A DNA stretch of 32,000 bases, from assembly GCF_042660085.1 (NCBI RefSeq), contig NZ_JBHSTI010000008.1, positions 270,001 through 302,000 on the forward strand, read 5' to 3'. This document shows, one piece after another, positions 1-7,628 of this stretch. The DNA comes from Longivirga aurantiaca (GTDB lineage: Bacteria > Actinomycetota > Actinomycetes > S36-B12 > CAIYMF01). The stretch's first letter is position 1. Each line of letters starts with the position of its first letter. The position numbers and the translations under genes are program-made. The notes under the pieces were generated by a model. That model worked only from the letters and a program-made list of their open reading frames with translations, was not told where the DNA came from and ran no database searches.

Positions 1-194
1 GCCTGGTGCTCCTCGCCAACCGCCGGCGGCTCCGCGTCGAACGTGCCGCGCAGCTGCCGCTCGCCTTCGGCAAGGAAGGTGTCGATCAGAGCGCGTTCGG
101 CGTCCGATCCCTCGTCACCGACGGTGTGCCACTCGACCCTGGCGCCTGCCAAGCGCTGTACGGCGGTGGCCGTGTCCAGTCCGATGTACCTCAC
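1..194 (-). CDS. hypothetical protein, N-terminal fragment (gene runs off the left edge)
   Basis: Not in the ORF track because it has no in-window stop. The reverse strand reads GGAGGGA, 7 nt, then GTG (at 194). An open frame follows to position 1: VRYIGLDTATAVQRLAGARVEWHTVGDEGSDAERALIDTFLAEGERQLRGTFDAEPP... Third positions are GC-rich. No family recognised. Confidence 0.4.
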   Translation of the reverse strand, partial: MRYIGLDTATAVQRLAGARVEWHTVGDEGSDAERALIDTFLAEGERQLRGTFDAEPPAVGEEHQ

Positions 195-256
195 GGCTGC
201 TTCCCTCCGATGAACGCGACGGTTGCAGGTTGATGGCCTGCTGCACTCCCGTACTA

Positions 257-298
257 TGCACATCACGCAGTTACTCTGCAACCTATGCACAGTGTGCA
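257..298. promoter_or_regulatory. three TGC-N7-GCA boxes in the divergent region between the left-edge gene and the esterase
   Basis: TGCACATCACGCA (257-269), TGCAACCTATGCA (277-289) and TGCACAGTGTGCA (286-298). The last is a perfect 13-bp palindrome. The first two start 20 bp apart, as in four other intergenic regions. Confidence 0.45.
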
Positions 299-380
299 GA
301 GCTAGCCCCCGGAGGGTAGGACGTCGCCCGGCTCCGCCGGCCCGCCGATCCTGCTCGTGCGATCGACGAGGTGAGGGCCG

Positions 381-1343
381 ATGTACGACGTGGATCCCGA
401 GGTCGCTGCCGGGCTCATCGCCATGTTCGGGCCGGAGCCCGCGGCTCCGGTGCCGGTTGATGATTGGGCCACGCGCCGGCACAACACCCACGCGATGTTC
501 TCGGAGCTGCGCACGAAGTACGCGCCAGCCGTCGACGTCGAGACGCAGGACGTCACGATGACGGTGGCCGAGGGCGCCTCGGTCGGCCTGCGAATCTACC
601 GTCCCCACACTCGCGACTCGGACGGCGTGCTGCTGTACCTGCACGGCGGAGGCATGATCATGTGCAACCTCGAGACCCACGACGCGATCTGCCGCGAGTA
701 CGCCGTACGCACAGGGATGTGCGTCGTCGCCGTCGACTACCGACTCGCTCCGGAGCACCCGTTCCCCGTTCCCGTCGACGACTGCATGGCGGCGCTTCGC
801 TGGGTCGCCGGCCAGCGCGATCAGGGATGGGCCCCTCATCGGATCGTCGTGGGCGGGGAGAGCGCCGGCGGTGGCCTGGCGGCAGCGGTGGCACTGCGCG
901 CGCGAGACGAGGGCGGTCCGGAGATCGCCGGCCTCCTTCTCGTGTACCCCATGCTCGACGACCGCACGTGCGAACGCGACGCCGGCCTGGATGCCGTCGC
1001 GACCTGGACGTACGACGACCACCTCACCGCGTGGCGTGCGTACGTCGGCACCGACGGTGCCGCGTCGGGCTACGCGGCGCCGCTGCGAGCGGAGACCGTC
1101 GTCGGCCTGCCGCCGACGTACCTCGAGGTCGGCGAGCTGGACATCTTCCGGGCGGAGATCACCGCGTTCGCCGGCCGCCTGCTCGAGTCCGGGGTCCGAC
1201 TGGAGTTCCACCTCCACCCGGCAGTGCCGCATGCGTTCGAGCTGTTCGCCCCCGCGGCCGCCGTCTCAGAGCGGGCGATGGCGGACCGCGTGCGCGCCAT
1301 TAAGTCGTTACAAAACAAAAAGCGTGCAGGACTAGACAAATAG
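381..1343 (+). CDS. alpha/beta-hydrolase fold-3 carboxylesterase/lipase (hormone-sensitive-lipase family)
   Basis: ORF track, 320 aa, with a GAGGTGAGGG purine run just upstream. Motifs: HGGG oxyanion (LHGGGMIMC), GESAGG nucleophile elbow, and catalytic His context VPHAF near the C-terminus. Confidence 0.85.
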   Translation: MYDVDPEVAAGLIAMFGPEPAAPVPVDDWATRRHNTHAMFSELRTKYAPAVDVETQDVTMTVAEGASVGLRIYRPHTRDSDGVLLYLHGGGMIMCNLETHDAICREYAVRTGMCVVAVDYRLAPEHPFPVPVDDCMAALRWVAGQRDQGWAPHRIVVGGESAGGGLAAAVALRARDEGGPEIAGLLLVYPMLDDRTCERDAGLDAVATWTYDDHLTAWRAYVGTDGAASGYAAPLRAETVVGLPPTYLEVGELDIFRAEITAFAGRLLESGVRLEFHLHPAVPHAFELFAPAAAVSERAMADRVRAIKSLQNKKRAGLDK

Positions 1344-1386
1344 AGGGCTCAAGACGGCATACTTCGTGTGGTCGAGGACTGAGAGG

Positions 1387-1406
1387 CCCCGCGGATCCCC
1401 GCGGAC
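1387..1406. repeat. tandem 10-mer CCCCGCGGAT/CCCCGCGGAC (two copies)
   Basis: Read directly from the sequence. Each unit contains the self-complementary CCGCGG. It lies in the 270-bp gap after the esterase. Confidence 0.5.
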
Positions 1407-1439
1407 CATCGATGTCACGGCAGGCGCCCTGATCAACAT

Positions 1440-1458
1440 GTTATGACATCGTGATGTC
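1440..1458. promoter_or_regulatory. GTTATGA element (related to the 14-mer at 3609 and 22907) plus GACATC-GT-GATGTC inverted repeat, upstream of the binding-protein gene
   Basis: GTTATGA (1440-1446) equals the minus-strand reading of the TCATAAC core at 3614-3620 and 22912-22918. Here it faces the + strand gene and contains the -10-like TATGAC. The 6-bp arms are at 1445-1450 and 1453-1458. Confidence 0.3.
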
Positions 1459-1490
1459 TACCTCGAGCAATCGCCCGTAGGATGCAGCGA

Positions 1491-1516
1491 TGCACATAGT
1501 GCAGAGGCTCTGCACA
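1491..1516. promoter_or_regulatory. TGC-N7-GCA box plus phased half-box
   Basis: TGCACATAGTGCA (1491-1503). The half-site TGCACA starts at 1511, exactly 20 bp after the first box start. Confidence 0.35.
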
Positions 1517-1613
1517 TGTAAGAACGTCGCCTGTGCCACGGCACCGGCAGGCGACTCCCCCCAGGTATCGAGCTGTTCTCGTCTCGGCGGGACAGGCAAC
1601 CAGAAGGAGACCA

Positions 1614-2849
1614 GTGACCACGACGACCAGGAGCCCGCGACGCCGGGCCATGTATCTCGTTCCCGCGGCCGCCGCGATGCTGCTGACGGCCGCCTGCGGG
1701 AGCTCGACCGGCGGGGACGCGACTGCGACGTCCGCATCCGGGTCCGCATCCGGTTCGGCCGGCACGACGACCGAGCCGTACTGCGCGGAGGACGCGGCGA
1801 CCGCCCTGCCCGCCCTTCAGCCTGAGGGCATCGTCGGGCAGGGCCCGAACGGTGAGCCTGCGGCGTCGCCCGACGACGTGCAGATCAGCGACGAGGACGC
1901 GGCGACGATCAAGGCGGGCAAGAACGGCACCCCGTTCAAGGTCGCCCTCGTGTTCCAGTTCAGCGGTGACTGGCCCAACGGCCAGACCAAGGGGCTGACC
2001 GACGAGTTCAGCAAGTACGGCGTCGAGATCATCAGCAACACCGAGGCCAACTTCAAGGTCGACAAGCAGATCGCCAACATCGAGAACGCCATCCAGCTGC
2101 AGCCGGACGGCATCGTCTCGATCCCCGTCGACGACGTCGCCACCGCGCCCGCGTACAAGAAGATCTCGGAGGCCGGCATCAAGCTGGTCTTCATGGACAA
2201 CGCCGCGAAGGGCCTCACCGCTCCGGACGACTACGTGTCCGTGGTCTCGGCCGACTCGCAGGGCAACGGCCAGGTCGCCGCGAAGAAGCTCTCCTGCTAC
2301 ATCCCCGAGGGCGGCACCGTCGGCATCGTCGACTTCGGCATCACGTTCTTCGTCACGAACCAGCGCACCAAGGGCGCCCGTGACTGGTTCGCCGCGAACC
2401 GTCCCGACATCAAGCTCAAGGACGCCAACTTCACCGACCCGAACCAGGCCGGCGACGTCGCGGCGAACTTCCTCACGGCCAACCCCGACGTCAACGGCGT
2501 CTGGGCAGTGTGGGACGGCCCGGCGCAGGGTGTCATTGCTGCGCTGCGCGCCCAGGGCAAGAACCTCCCCGTCACCACGATCGACCTGGGCGACCAGGCC
2601 GCGACGGACCTCGCCAGCAGCGAGTACCTGAAGGGTGTCGGCGCCCAGCGTCCGTACAGCCAGGGCGTGGCCGAGGCTCGAGCGATGATGCTCGCGCTCA
2701 TCGGCAAGGACGTCCCGGCGTGGATCGGCGTCCCGGCGCTCCCGGTGATCCAGAACAGCCTCCGCCAGGGCTACGAGGACTCCTGGGCCAAGCCGCTGCC
2801 GGAGAAGCCCGAGGCAGCATGCAAGGCGAACGAGCCGAAGTGCGCGTGA
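1614..2849 (+). CDS. sugar-binding lipoprotein, PBP1/RbsB-like solute-binding protein (no cognate permease or ATPase in the window)
   Basis: Frame of ORF 1533..2849. The preferred start is GTG 1614, preceded by AAGGAGA (1604-1610). The N-terminus VTTTTRSPRRRAMYLVPAAAAMLLTAAC-GSS has a basic n-region and a lipobox. The body resembles periplasmic sugar-binding proteins. Alternative start: ATG 1650. Confidence 0.8.
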   Translation: MTTTTRSPRRRAMYLVPAAAAMLLTAACGSSTGGDATATSASGSASGSAGTTTEPYCAEDAATALPALQPEGIVGQGPNGEPAASPDDVQISDEDAATIKAGKNGTPFKVALVFQFSGDWPNGQTKGLTDEFSKYGVEIISNTEANFKVDKQIANIENAIQLQPDGIVSIPVDDVATAPAYKKISEAGIKLVFMDNAAKGLTAPDDYVSVVSADSQGNGQVAAKKLSCYIPEGGTVGIVDFGITFFVTNQRTKGARDWFAANRPDIKLKDANFTDPNQAGDVAANFLTANPDVNGVWAVWDGPAQGVIAALRAQGKNLPVTTIDLGDQAATDLASSEYLKGVGAQRPYSQGVAEARAMMLALIGKDVPAWIGVPALPVIQNSLRQGYEDSWAKPLPEKPEAACKANEPKCA

Positions 2850-2869
2850 TCGCACGCGGGTGAACGCAC

Positions 2870-2907
2870 GGCTGTGGCCGGAGCCCTCGGGGGTTCCGGC
2901 CACAGCC
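2870..2907. terminator. bidirectional hairpin between convergent genes
   Basis: A perfect 13-bp inverted repeat: GGCTGTGGCCGGA (2870-2882) and TCCGGCCACAGCC (2895-2907). The intervening GCCC...GGGT can extend the stem. No U-tract follows, which is common in high-GC bacteria. Confidence 0.5.
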
Positions 2908-2961
2908 ATGCCGTCGGCCGCGCGCCGCGGCATAGCAGTGCCGCCCGCGAGGCCGAGCGGG

Positions 2962-3582
2962 TCAGGCTCCGTCCACTGCCGCGCGGAACGACCGGGCCCG
3001 TTCCTGGATCTCGTCGTACTGCTCGGTCTCCACCAGGCGGGCCGACGCCAGGTCGGATCCGGCGAAGAGCGCCACCGCCCCCGCGGCGAGGAAGCCCCCT
3101 GCGGTCTCAGGGGTCACGCCGCCCGAGGGCACCAGCCCGATATGGGGGAACGGTCCGCGCAGGTCCTTGATGTGGCCCGGGCCACCAGTCGCGGCGGGGA
3201 AGACCTTCACGAGCGCGGATCCCAGCTCATGCGCTGCCCACACCTCACTGGGTGTGTAGGCGCCGAGCATGAACGGAACCCCGCGGGCACGGCAGGCCTC
3301 GGCGATCCCGGGAAGGACGGCCGGTGTGACGACGAACTGGGCGCCGGCGTCGATCGCGTCGTGCGCCTGCGCTGCTGTCAGGACCGTGCCGGCGCCCACG
3401 ATCGCGTCGCCTCCCGCCCCTGCGGCGATGACGCCGAGCACGTCCGGGGTCGTGAAGGTGAACTCGACCAGGTGCACTCCGCCCGCGGCGAGGCTGTCGG
3501 CCAGGCGGCGCGGGTCGGGGACGCGGTCCGCGCGGATGACTGCCGCGATGCGGTCCGCGCGCAGGACATCGAGGGCATGCAT
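2962..3582 (-). CDS. eda: 2-dehydro-3-deoxyphosphogluconate / 4-hydroxy-2-oxoglutarate aldolase (paralog 1)
   Basis: ORF 2962..3606. The preferred start is ATG 3582, with AAGGGAG ending 5 nt upstream. Motifs: VEFTFTT (Glu), GAGTV, VKVFPA (Schiff-base Lys), PSGGV. GTG 3606 is an alternative start. Confidence 0.85.
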   Translation of the reverse strand: MHALDVLRADRIAAVIRADRVPDPRRLADSLAAGGVHLVEFTFTTPDVLGVIAAGAGGDAIVGAGTVLTAAQAHDAIDAGAQFVVTPAVLPGIAEACRARGVPFMLGAYTPSEVWAAHELGSALVKVFPAATGGPGHIKDLRGPFPHIGLVPSGGVTPETAGGFLAAGAVALFAGSDLASARLVETEQYDEIQERARSFRAAVDGA

Positions 3583-3608
3583 GCGTACTCCCTTGTATAT
3601 GGACACCG

Positions 3609-3628
3609 ACTTATCATAACGTCATGAT
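3609..3628. promoter_or_regulatory. conserved bidirectional promoter/operator core ACTTATCATAACGT, embedded in the near-palindrome ATCATAACGTCATGAT
   Basis: The 14-mer at 3609-3622 is identical to 22907-22920. ATCATAACGTCATGAT (3613-3628) pairs at 7 of 8 positions. It contains two overlapping TANNNT-type -10 hexamers: TATGAT on the minus strand (3613-3618) and TAACGT on the plus strand (3617-3622). Confidence 0.5.
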
Positions 3629-3676
3629 GTCGTGCGCGGTCATGCGGATGCGCGCCCTGAACGAATCGAGATTCAC

Positions 3677-4402
3677 GTGACCCGACTTCGCGATCGAACC
3701 GTCCTGGTCACCGGGGCGACCGGTGGGATGGGCAGCGGCACGGTGCGCGCTCTCGCCCGGGAGGGGGCCCATGTCGGGGTGGCGGACATCGGCGTCGAGG
3801 CGGCGTCGCGGCTGGCAGCGGAGGTCGGCGGCACCCCGCTGCTCCTCGACGTCACGAGTCCGGCGAGCGTCACGGCCGCCGTCGAGGCGCTGGTGGCCGA
3901 GCGAGGCGGGATCGACGTCTTGGTGAACTTCGCCGGGATCGTCGACCCGCGCCGCATGGACGAGATCGACCCGGAGTCCTGGAGCCGCGTCTTCGACGTG
4001 AACGTCCGCGGTACGTGGCTGATGTGCAACGCCGTCCTCCCGCACATGCCTCGCGGCGGGGCCATCGTGAACATCGGCTCCCGCGCCGGGCTGGTGGGCG
4101 GCACCACGAGCGGAGCGAGCTACGCCGCCTCGAAGGCAGCGGTCATCTGCTTCACCAAGTCGATGGCGAAGTTCGCCGCCCCGATGGGCATCCGGGCCAA
4201 CGTGATCAACCCCGGGTGCATCGAGACCCCCATGCTCGATCACTTCGCGCCGGACGTCGTGGCCGCGATGCCCGGTCAGGCCGCTCTCGGCCGGCTCGGC
4301 ACACCGGCCGAGATCGCCGAGAGCGTCATCTTCCTCGCCACGGACGCCTCGTCGTTCATGACCGGTGCACAGCTCAACGTCAACGGCGGCAGCCACATGT
4401 AG
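3677..4402 (+). CDS. short-chain dehydrogenase/reductase (classical SDR)
   Basis: ORF 3632..4402. GTG 3677 is preferred because codons 3632-3676 have poor third-position GC. Motifs: TGATGGMG (TGxxxGxG), NFAG, YAASK (YxxxK), C-terminal NVNGG. Confidence 0.85.
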   Translation: MTRLRDRTVLVTGATGGMGSGTVRALAREGAHVGVADIGVEAASRLAAEVGGTPLLLDVTSPASVTAAVEALVAERGGIDVLVNFAGIVDPRRMDEIDPESWSRVFDVNVRGTWLMCNAVLPHMPRGGAIVNIGSRAGLVGGTTSGASYAASKAAVICFTKSMAKFAAPMGIRANVINPGCIETPMLDHFAPDVVAAMPGQAALGRLGTPAEIAESVIFLATDASSFMTGAQLNVNGGSHM

Positions 4403-4465
4403 GCCTCGCCCGCCGTCCCCGACGAAGGTCCGATCGACAAGCCGTCCCCAGAGAAGGAGGCCCCC

Positions 4466-5866
4466 GTGCTGGGAGCCGATGTGATCGTGCCCATCCCGCT
4501 CATCCCCGGGGTGCCCGTCCTCGCGGCCATGGGGGCGCTCTCGACCCTTCTGGTCAATCGGAACGTGAGCGTGTTCCATGACGGGCTGCGACCCCTCATG
4601 CCGTCGCTGCGCTCTGGTGAGATGACCCGGGACCAGGTCGCCAAGATCTCGTTCAGCCTCGCCCTCGCCTTCATCTGGGCCTTCGGCCTCCCCTACTCCG
4701 TGGGCTTCGTCATCCCGCTCATCTACCTGGTGTACATCGCGACCGACTACATCGGTGTGCGGCTGCCCGCGACCTATGACGTCAGGTGGTGGCAGAGCAG
4801 GACGAACCTCCTGGGCGTCATCGGGTCGCTGGTCCTGGGTGCCGCCTGGGGCGGTGGCGTCGCGGCCTTCCTGCACTACCTGGCCGTCGGGATGTCCAAC
4901 CTGCCTGTTCCGATGGCGGCAGGCACGGCGCTGTTCACCACCCCGGTGGCTCAGGCCTTCTTCCTGTTCCCCGTACTGACCGTGGTGTACCACTACGGCT
5001 TCAGGCCGGCGCTGGTGGCGTTCGTCGTGTCCACCCTCGCCTGGTTCTCGGCGAGCCAGTTCGGCTGGGCGCTGCCGTCCGTGTGGGCTTTCGGCGCAGC
5101 GCTTCTCGTGATGGCCGTGCTCCTCGTCCGGGAGGCGCGTCGCTCGGGGCCGGCAGCGGCCCAGGTGCCACCGGGCTGGCTCATCGAGGACGAATCCGCC
5201 GCGCCCGACTGGGCCTCGGCGGATTCCGACGACGAGGCCGAGGACCAGCTCTTCCGGGACAACGTGCGCCGCATCAAGGGCAACCTCCCGCTGATCACCC
5301 TGCTCGCGGGTCTCGGTGGGGCGGCCTACCACTGGGGCCTCGTGGCGATGGACCCGTTCTCGTCGAACCTGTACGCCGTAGGGCTCGCTCTCCCTGCCGC
5401 GCTGGTCATGCTCATGTGGGCCTTCGCCTTCATCCCCATGAAGTTCACGACCGCAGTGGTCACGGGGACCATGGCGACCGGCACGTTCCTCGAGCCTGTC
5501 GTCGCCCTCCTGATGCCCAACGTCTGGGCGGCTGCGATCGGCGTCGCACTGCTCCGCGTCGTCGAGGTCTTCCTGCTCCTCGCCGTCGTCGGCTGGATCG
5601 AGCGGTGGCCCAGCATCCGCGAGGTCGCCGACGTGATGCGTACGGCGATCTTCCAGATCATGGAGATCGGGTTCCTCGTGGGCGGCGCGCTGGCAGCCGC
5701 GGCGTGGGCGGGCACGTGGGGCGTGGGCGTCGTCGTCGCCGCGTGGTTCGTGAACATCAAGGCGAAGTCGCCCGTCATGCCCATGTCCCTCGGCGCGATC
5801 GCAGCCCTCGGCGTCGGCCTGGTGGTGAACGTGCTCGCCCTGCTGGGCCTGAACCTCACCCTCTGA
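4466..5866 (+). CDS. polytopic membrane protein, YhfT-like putative transporter
   Basis: ORF track, 466 aa, GTG start, with GAGAAGGAGG at 4451-4460. It has many hydrophobic stretches and a central acidic loop (EDESAAPDWASADSDDEAED). VSVFHDGLRPLMPSL and RRIKGNLPLI resemble my memory of E. coli YhfT. This needs HMM confirmation. Confidence 0.6.
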   Translation: MLGADVIVPIPLIPGVPVLAAMGALSTLLVNRNVSVFHDGLRPLMPSLRSGEMTRDQVAKISFSLALAFIWAFGLPYSVGFVIPLIYLVYIATDYIGVRLPATYDVRWWQSRTNLLGVIGSLVLGAAWGGGVAAFLHYLAVGMSNLPVPMAAGTALFTTPVAQAFFLFPVLTVVYHYGFRPALVAFVVSTLAWFSASQFGWALPSVWAFGAALLVMAVLLVREARRSGPAAAQVPPGWLIEDESAAPDWASADSDDEAEDQLFRDNVRRIKGNLPLITLLAGLGGAAYHWGLVAMDPFSSNLYAVGLALPAALVMLMWAFAFIPMKFTTAVVTGTMATGTFLEPVVALLMPNVWAAAIGVALLRVVEVFLLLAVVGWIERWPSIREVADVMRTAIFQIMEIGFLVGGALAAAAWAGTWGVGVVVAAWFVNIKAKSPVMPMSLGAIAALGVGLVVNVLALLGLNLTL

Positions 5867-5887
5867 GGCCTGCACCTGCGGAGGCCC

Positions 5888-5918
5888 GAGCCCGTCGTCC
5901 CCGTTGACGACGGGCCTC
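5888..5918. terminator. hairpin after the YhfT-like gene
   Basis: CCCGTCGTC (5891-5899), loop CCCGTT, GACGACGGG (5906-5914). The stem can extend by GAG/CCTC. A second small stem, GGCCT/AGGCC, lies at 5867-5886. Confidence 0.45.
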
Positions 5919-5934
5919 GCCGCGCCTACCATGG

Positions 5935-5967
5935 TGCAACGGGCGCAGACCCTATGCAACATACGCA
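5935..5967. promoter_or_regulatory. two direct TGC-N7-GCA boxes upstream of the GMC operon
   Basis: TGCAACGGGCGCA (5935-5947) and TGCAACATACGCA (5955-5967), with starts 20 bp apart. TATGCAACATACGCAA (5953-5968) matches 15647-15662 at 14 of 16 positions. Confidence 0.5.
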
Positions 5968-6002
5968 ATGCGCTCCAGCGCACACTCGTCAGGGAGCCTG
6001 TT

Positions 6003-7628
6003 ATGAGCGTGTCGCACGACCCGGTGGACGTCCTCATCGTCGGCGCGGGCGCCTCGGGCTCCACAGCCGCCAAGCACCTGGCCGAGCAGGGGCGGAGCGT
6101 CGTCGTTCTCGACCAGGGCCACTGGACGGACGTGGGCGACCTCCCCGGCGACAAGCCGGAGTACGAGCTGCTGTGGAACAACCACCGGTTCCACCCGGAC
6201 CCCAACATGCGCGACCGCCGCGAGGACTACCCGACGAACCTCGAGGACTCCGAGCAGCCCGTGTACATGTACAACGGCGCGGGCGGCAGCACCGTCTACT
6301 TCGCCGGGGTCTGGAGCCGGCCGCTCCCGTCCGACTTCCGCGTGCGCACTCTCGACGGCGTCGCCGACGACTGGCCCATCAGCTACGAGGACCTGATCCC
6401 CTTCTTCGCGGCGACCGACTACGACATGGGCGTCTCCGGGCTCGCGGGCAACACTGCCTATCCGCCGGGGGCGGAGCCGCCGTTGCCGATGCACCCGATC
6501 AACCAGACCGGACGCCGCATGGCGGAGGGGCTGAACAGTCTCGGCTGGCACTGGTGGCCCGGGTACTCGGCCATCCCGTCCCGGGCGCACAACCGCCAGG
6601 CCCAGTGTGTTCGTCTCGGGGTGTGCCGGACCGGTTGCGTCGCCGGCGCGAAGGGTTCCGCGGACATCACTCTTCTTCCCGATGCCCTGGCACACGGTGC
6701 GCGCATCGAGACAGGAGCACGTGTCGCACGCATCACGCTGGACGAGATGGGCCGCGCGAACGGCGCCGTCTATCTCCAGGACGGCACGGAGAAGTTCCAG
6801 GCGGCACGTGTGGTCATCGTCGCCGCCAACGGGATCGGTACGCCGCGCCTGCTGCTGATGAGCGAGTCGAACCGCTTTCCGCACGGTCTGGCCAACAGCT
6901 CGGACCTCGTAGGTCGGCGTCTCATGCTCCACCCGTTCGGTTCGGCGATAGGTATCTACGACGAGGACCTGGAGGACTGGCTCGGTCCGGCCGGCACGCA
7001 GATCGAGTGCATGGAGTTCTACGAGACCGACGTCACCCGCGGCTTCGTGCGCGGCAGCAAGTGGCATGTCATGGGCACGGGTGGACCGCTCGAGATGGCC
7101 ACCCGCTGGCATATCGGGGAAGGCGTCCGCGACGAGGACTTCTGGGGCGAGCAGTTCACGCGCAAGATGAAGCAGGCCGTCGGCCACTCCATCGACTGGA
7201 TCGTCCACGCCGAGGACCTGCCCGAAGAGCACAACCGGGTCACGCTCGATCCCACGCTCACCGACAGCGACGGGCTGCCGGCGCCGAAGATCACCTACAT
7301 GACGTCGGACAACACCCACCAGATCCTGGACTTCGGGCTGAACCGCGCGGTGGAGGCGCACTACGCCGCGGGGGCGACGAAGGCGTGGATCACCTTCCGG
7401 AACTTCTCCTCGGGACACAACCTCGGGACGACGAAGATGGGTGACGATCCGGAGACCTCGGTGGTGGACCGTTGGGGTCGGACCCATGACGTCCCGAACC
7501 TCTACGTCATCGACGGTTCGGTCTTCACCACGTCGACCGCCACCAATCCGACCTCCACGATCTGTGCGCTGGCCAAGCGGACGGCGACGTTCATCGCGAA
7601 CAACCGTGACCAGGTGGTGGCGTGGTGA
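6003..7628 (+). CDS. GMC-family FAD-dependent dehydrogenase, large subunit (copy 1)
   Basis: Frame of ORF 5904..7628. Start ATG 6003 follows AGGGAG (5991-5996) and gives 541 aa, the same length as the paralog at 19874. Motifs: DVLIVGAGASGS FAD fold, HWWPGY, and the C-terminal NPTSTICALAKR segment typical of GMC enzymes. Confidence 0.85.
   Translation: MSVSHDPVDVLIVGAGASGSTAAKHLAEQGRSVVVLDQGHWTDVGDLPGDKPEYELLWNNHRFHPDPNMRDRREDYPTNLEDSEQPVYMYNGAGGSTVYFAGVWSRPLPSDFRVRTLDGVADDWPISYEDLIPFFAATDYDMGVSGLAGNTAYPPGAEPPLPMHPINQTGRRMAEGLNSLGWHWWPGYSAIPSRAHNRQAQCVRLGVCRTGCVAGAKGSADITLLPDALAHGARIETGARVARITLDEMGRANGAVYLQDGTEKFQAARVVIVAANGIGTPRLLLMSESNRFPHGLANSSDLVGRRLMLHPFGSAIGIYDEDLEDWLGPAGTQIECMEFYETDVTRGFVRGSKWHVMGTGGPLEMATRWHIGEGVRDEDFWGEQFTRKMKQAVGHSIDWIVHAEDLPEEHNRVTLDPTLTDSDGLPAPKITYMTSDNTHQILDFGLNRAVEAHYAAGATKAWITFRNFSSGHNLGTTKMGDDPETSVVDRWGRTHDVPNLYVIDGSVFTTSTATNPTSTICALAKRTATFIANNRDQVVAW

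Noticed and set aside
1387-1406. CCCCGCGGA tandem repeat as a CRISPR or other array
   Set aside because: There are only two adjacent 10-nt copies, with no spacers and no cas genes.
3632-3676. GTG 3632 as the SDR start. It lies 9 nt after the TAACGT hexamer, the same geometry as ATG 22930.
   Set aside because: Codons 3632-3676 have clearly poorer third-position GC than the rest of the gene. GTG 3677 gives the usual short lead-in to the TGxxxGxG strand. It is kept only as an alternative.
5904-6002. N-terminal extension of GMC copy 1 from the TTG at 5904
   Set aside because: The extension would run through the terminator hairpin (5888-5918) and both TGC boxes. ATG 6003 has an AGGGAG RBS and gives exactly the paralog length (541 aa).
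3614-6208. 864-aa ORF on the minus strand spanning the SDR and YhfT-like genes
   Set aside because: It is an antisense shadow ORF, typical of high-GC DNA. Its translation is a low-complexity R/G/P/H/D-rich string with no motifs. The opposite strand carries two well-supported genes with RBSs.
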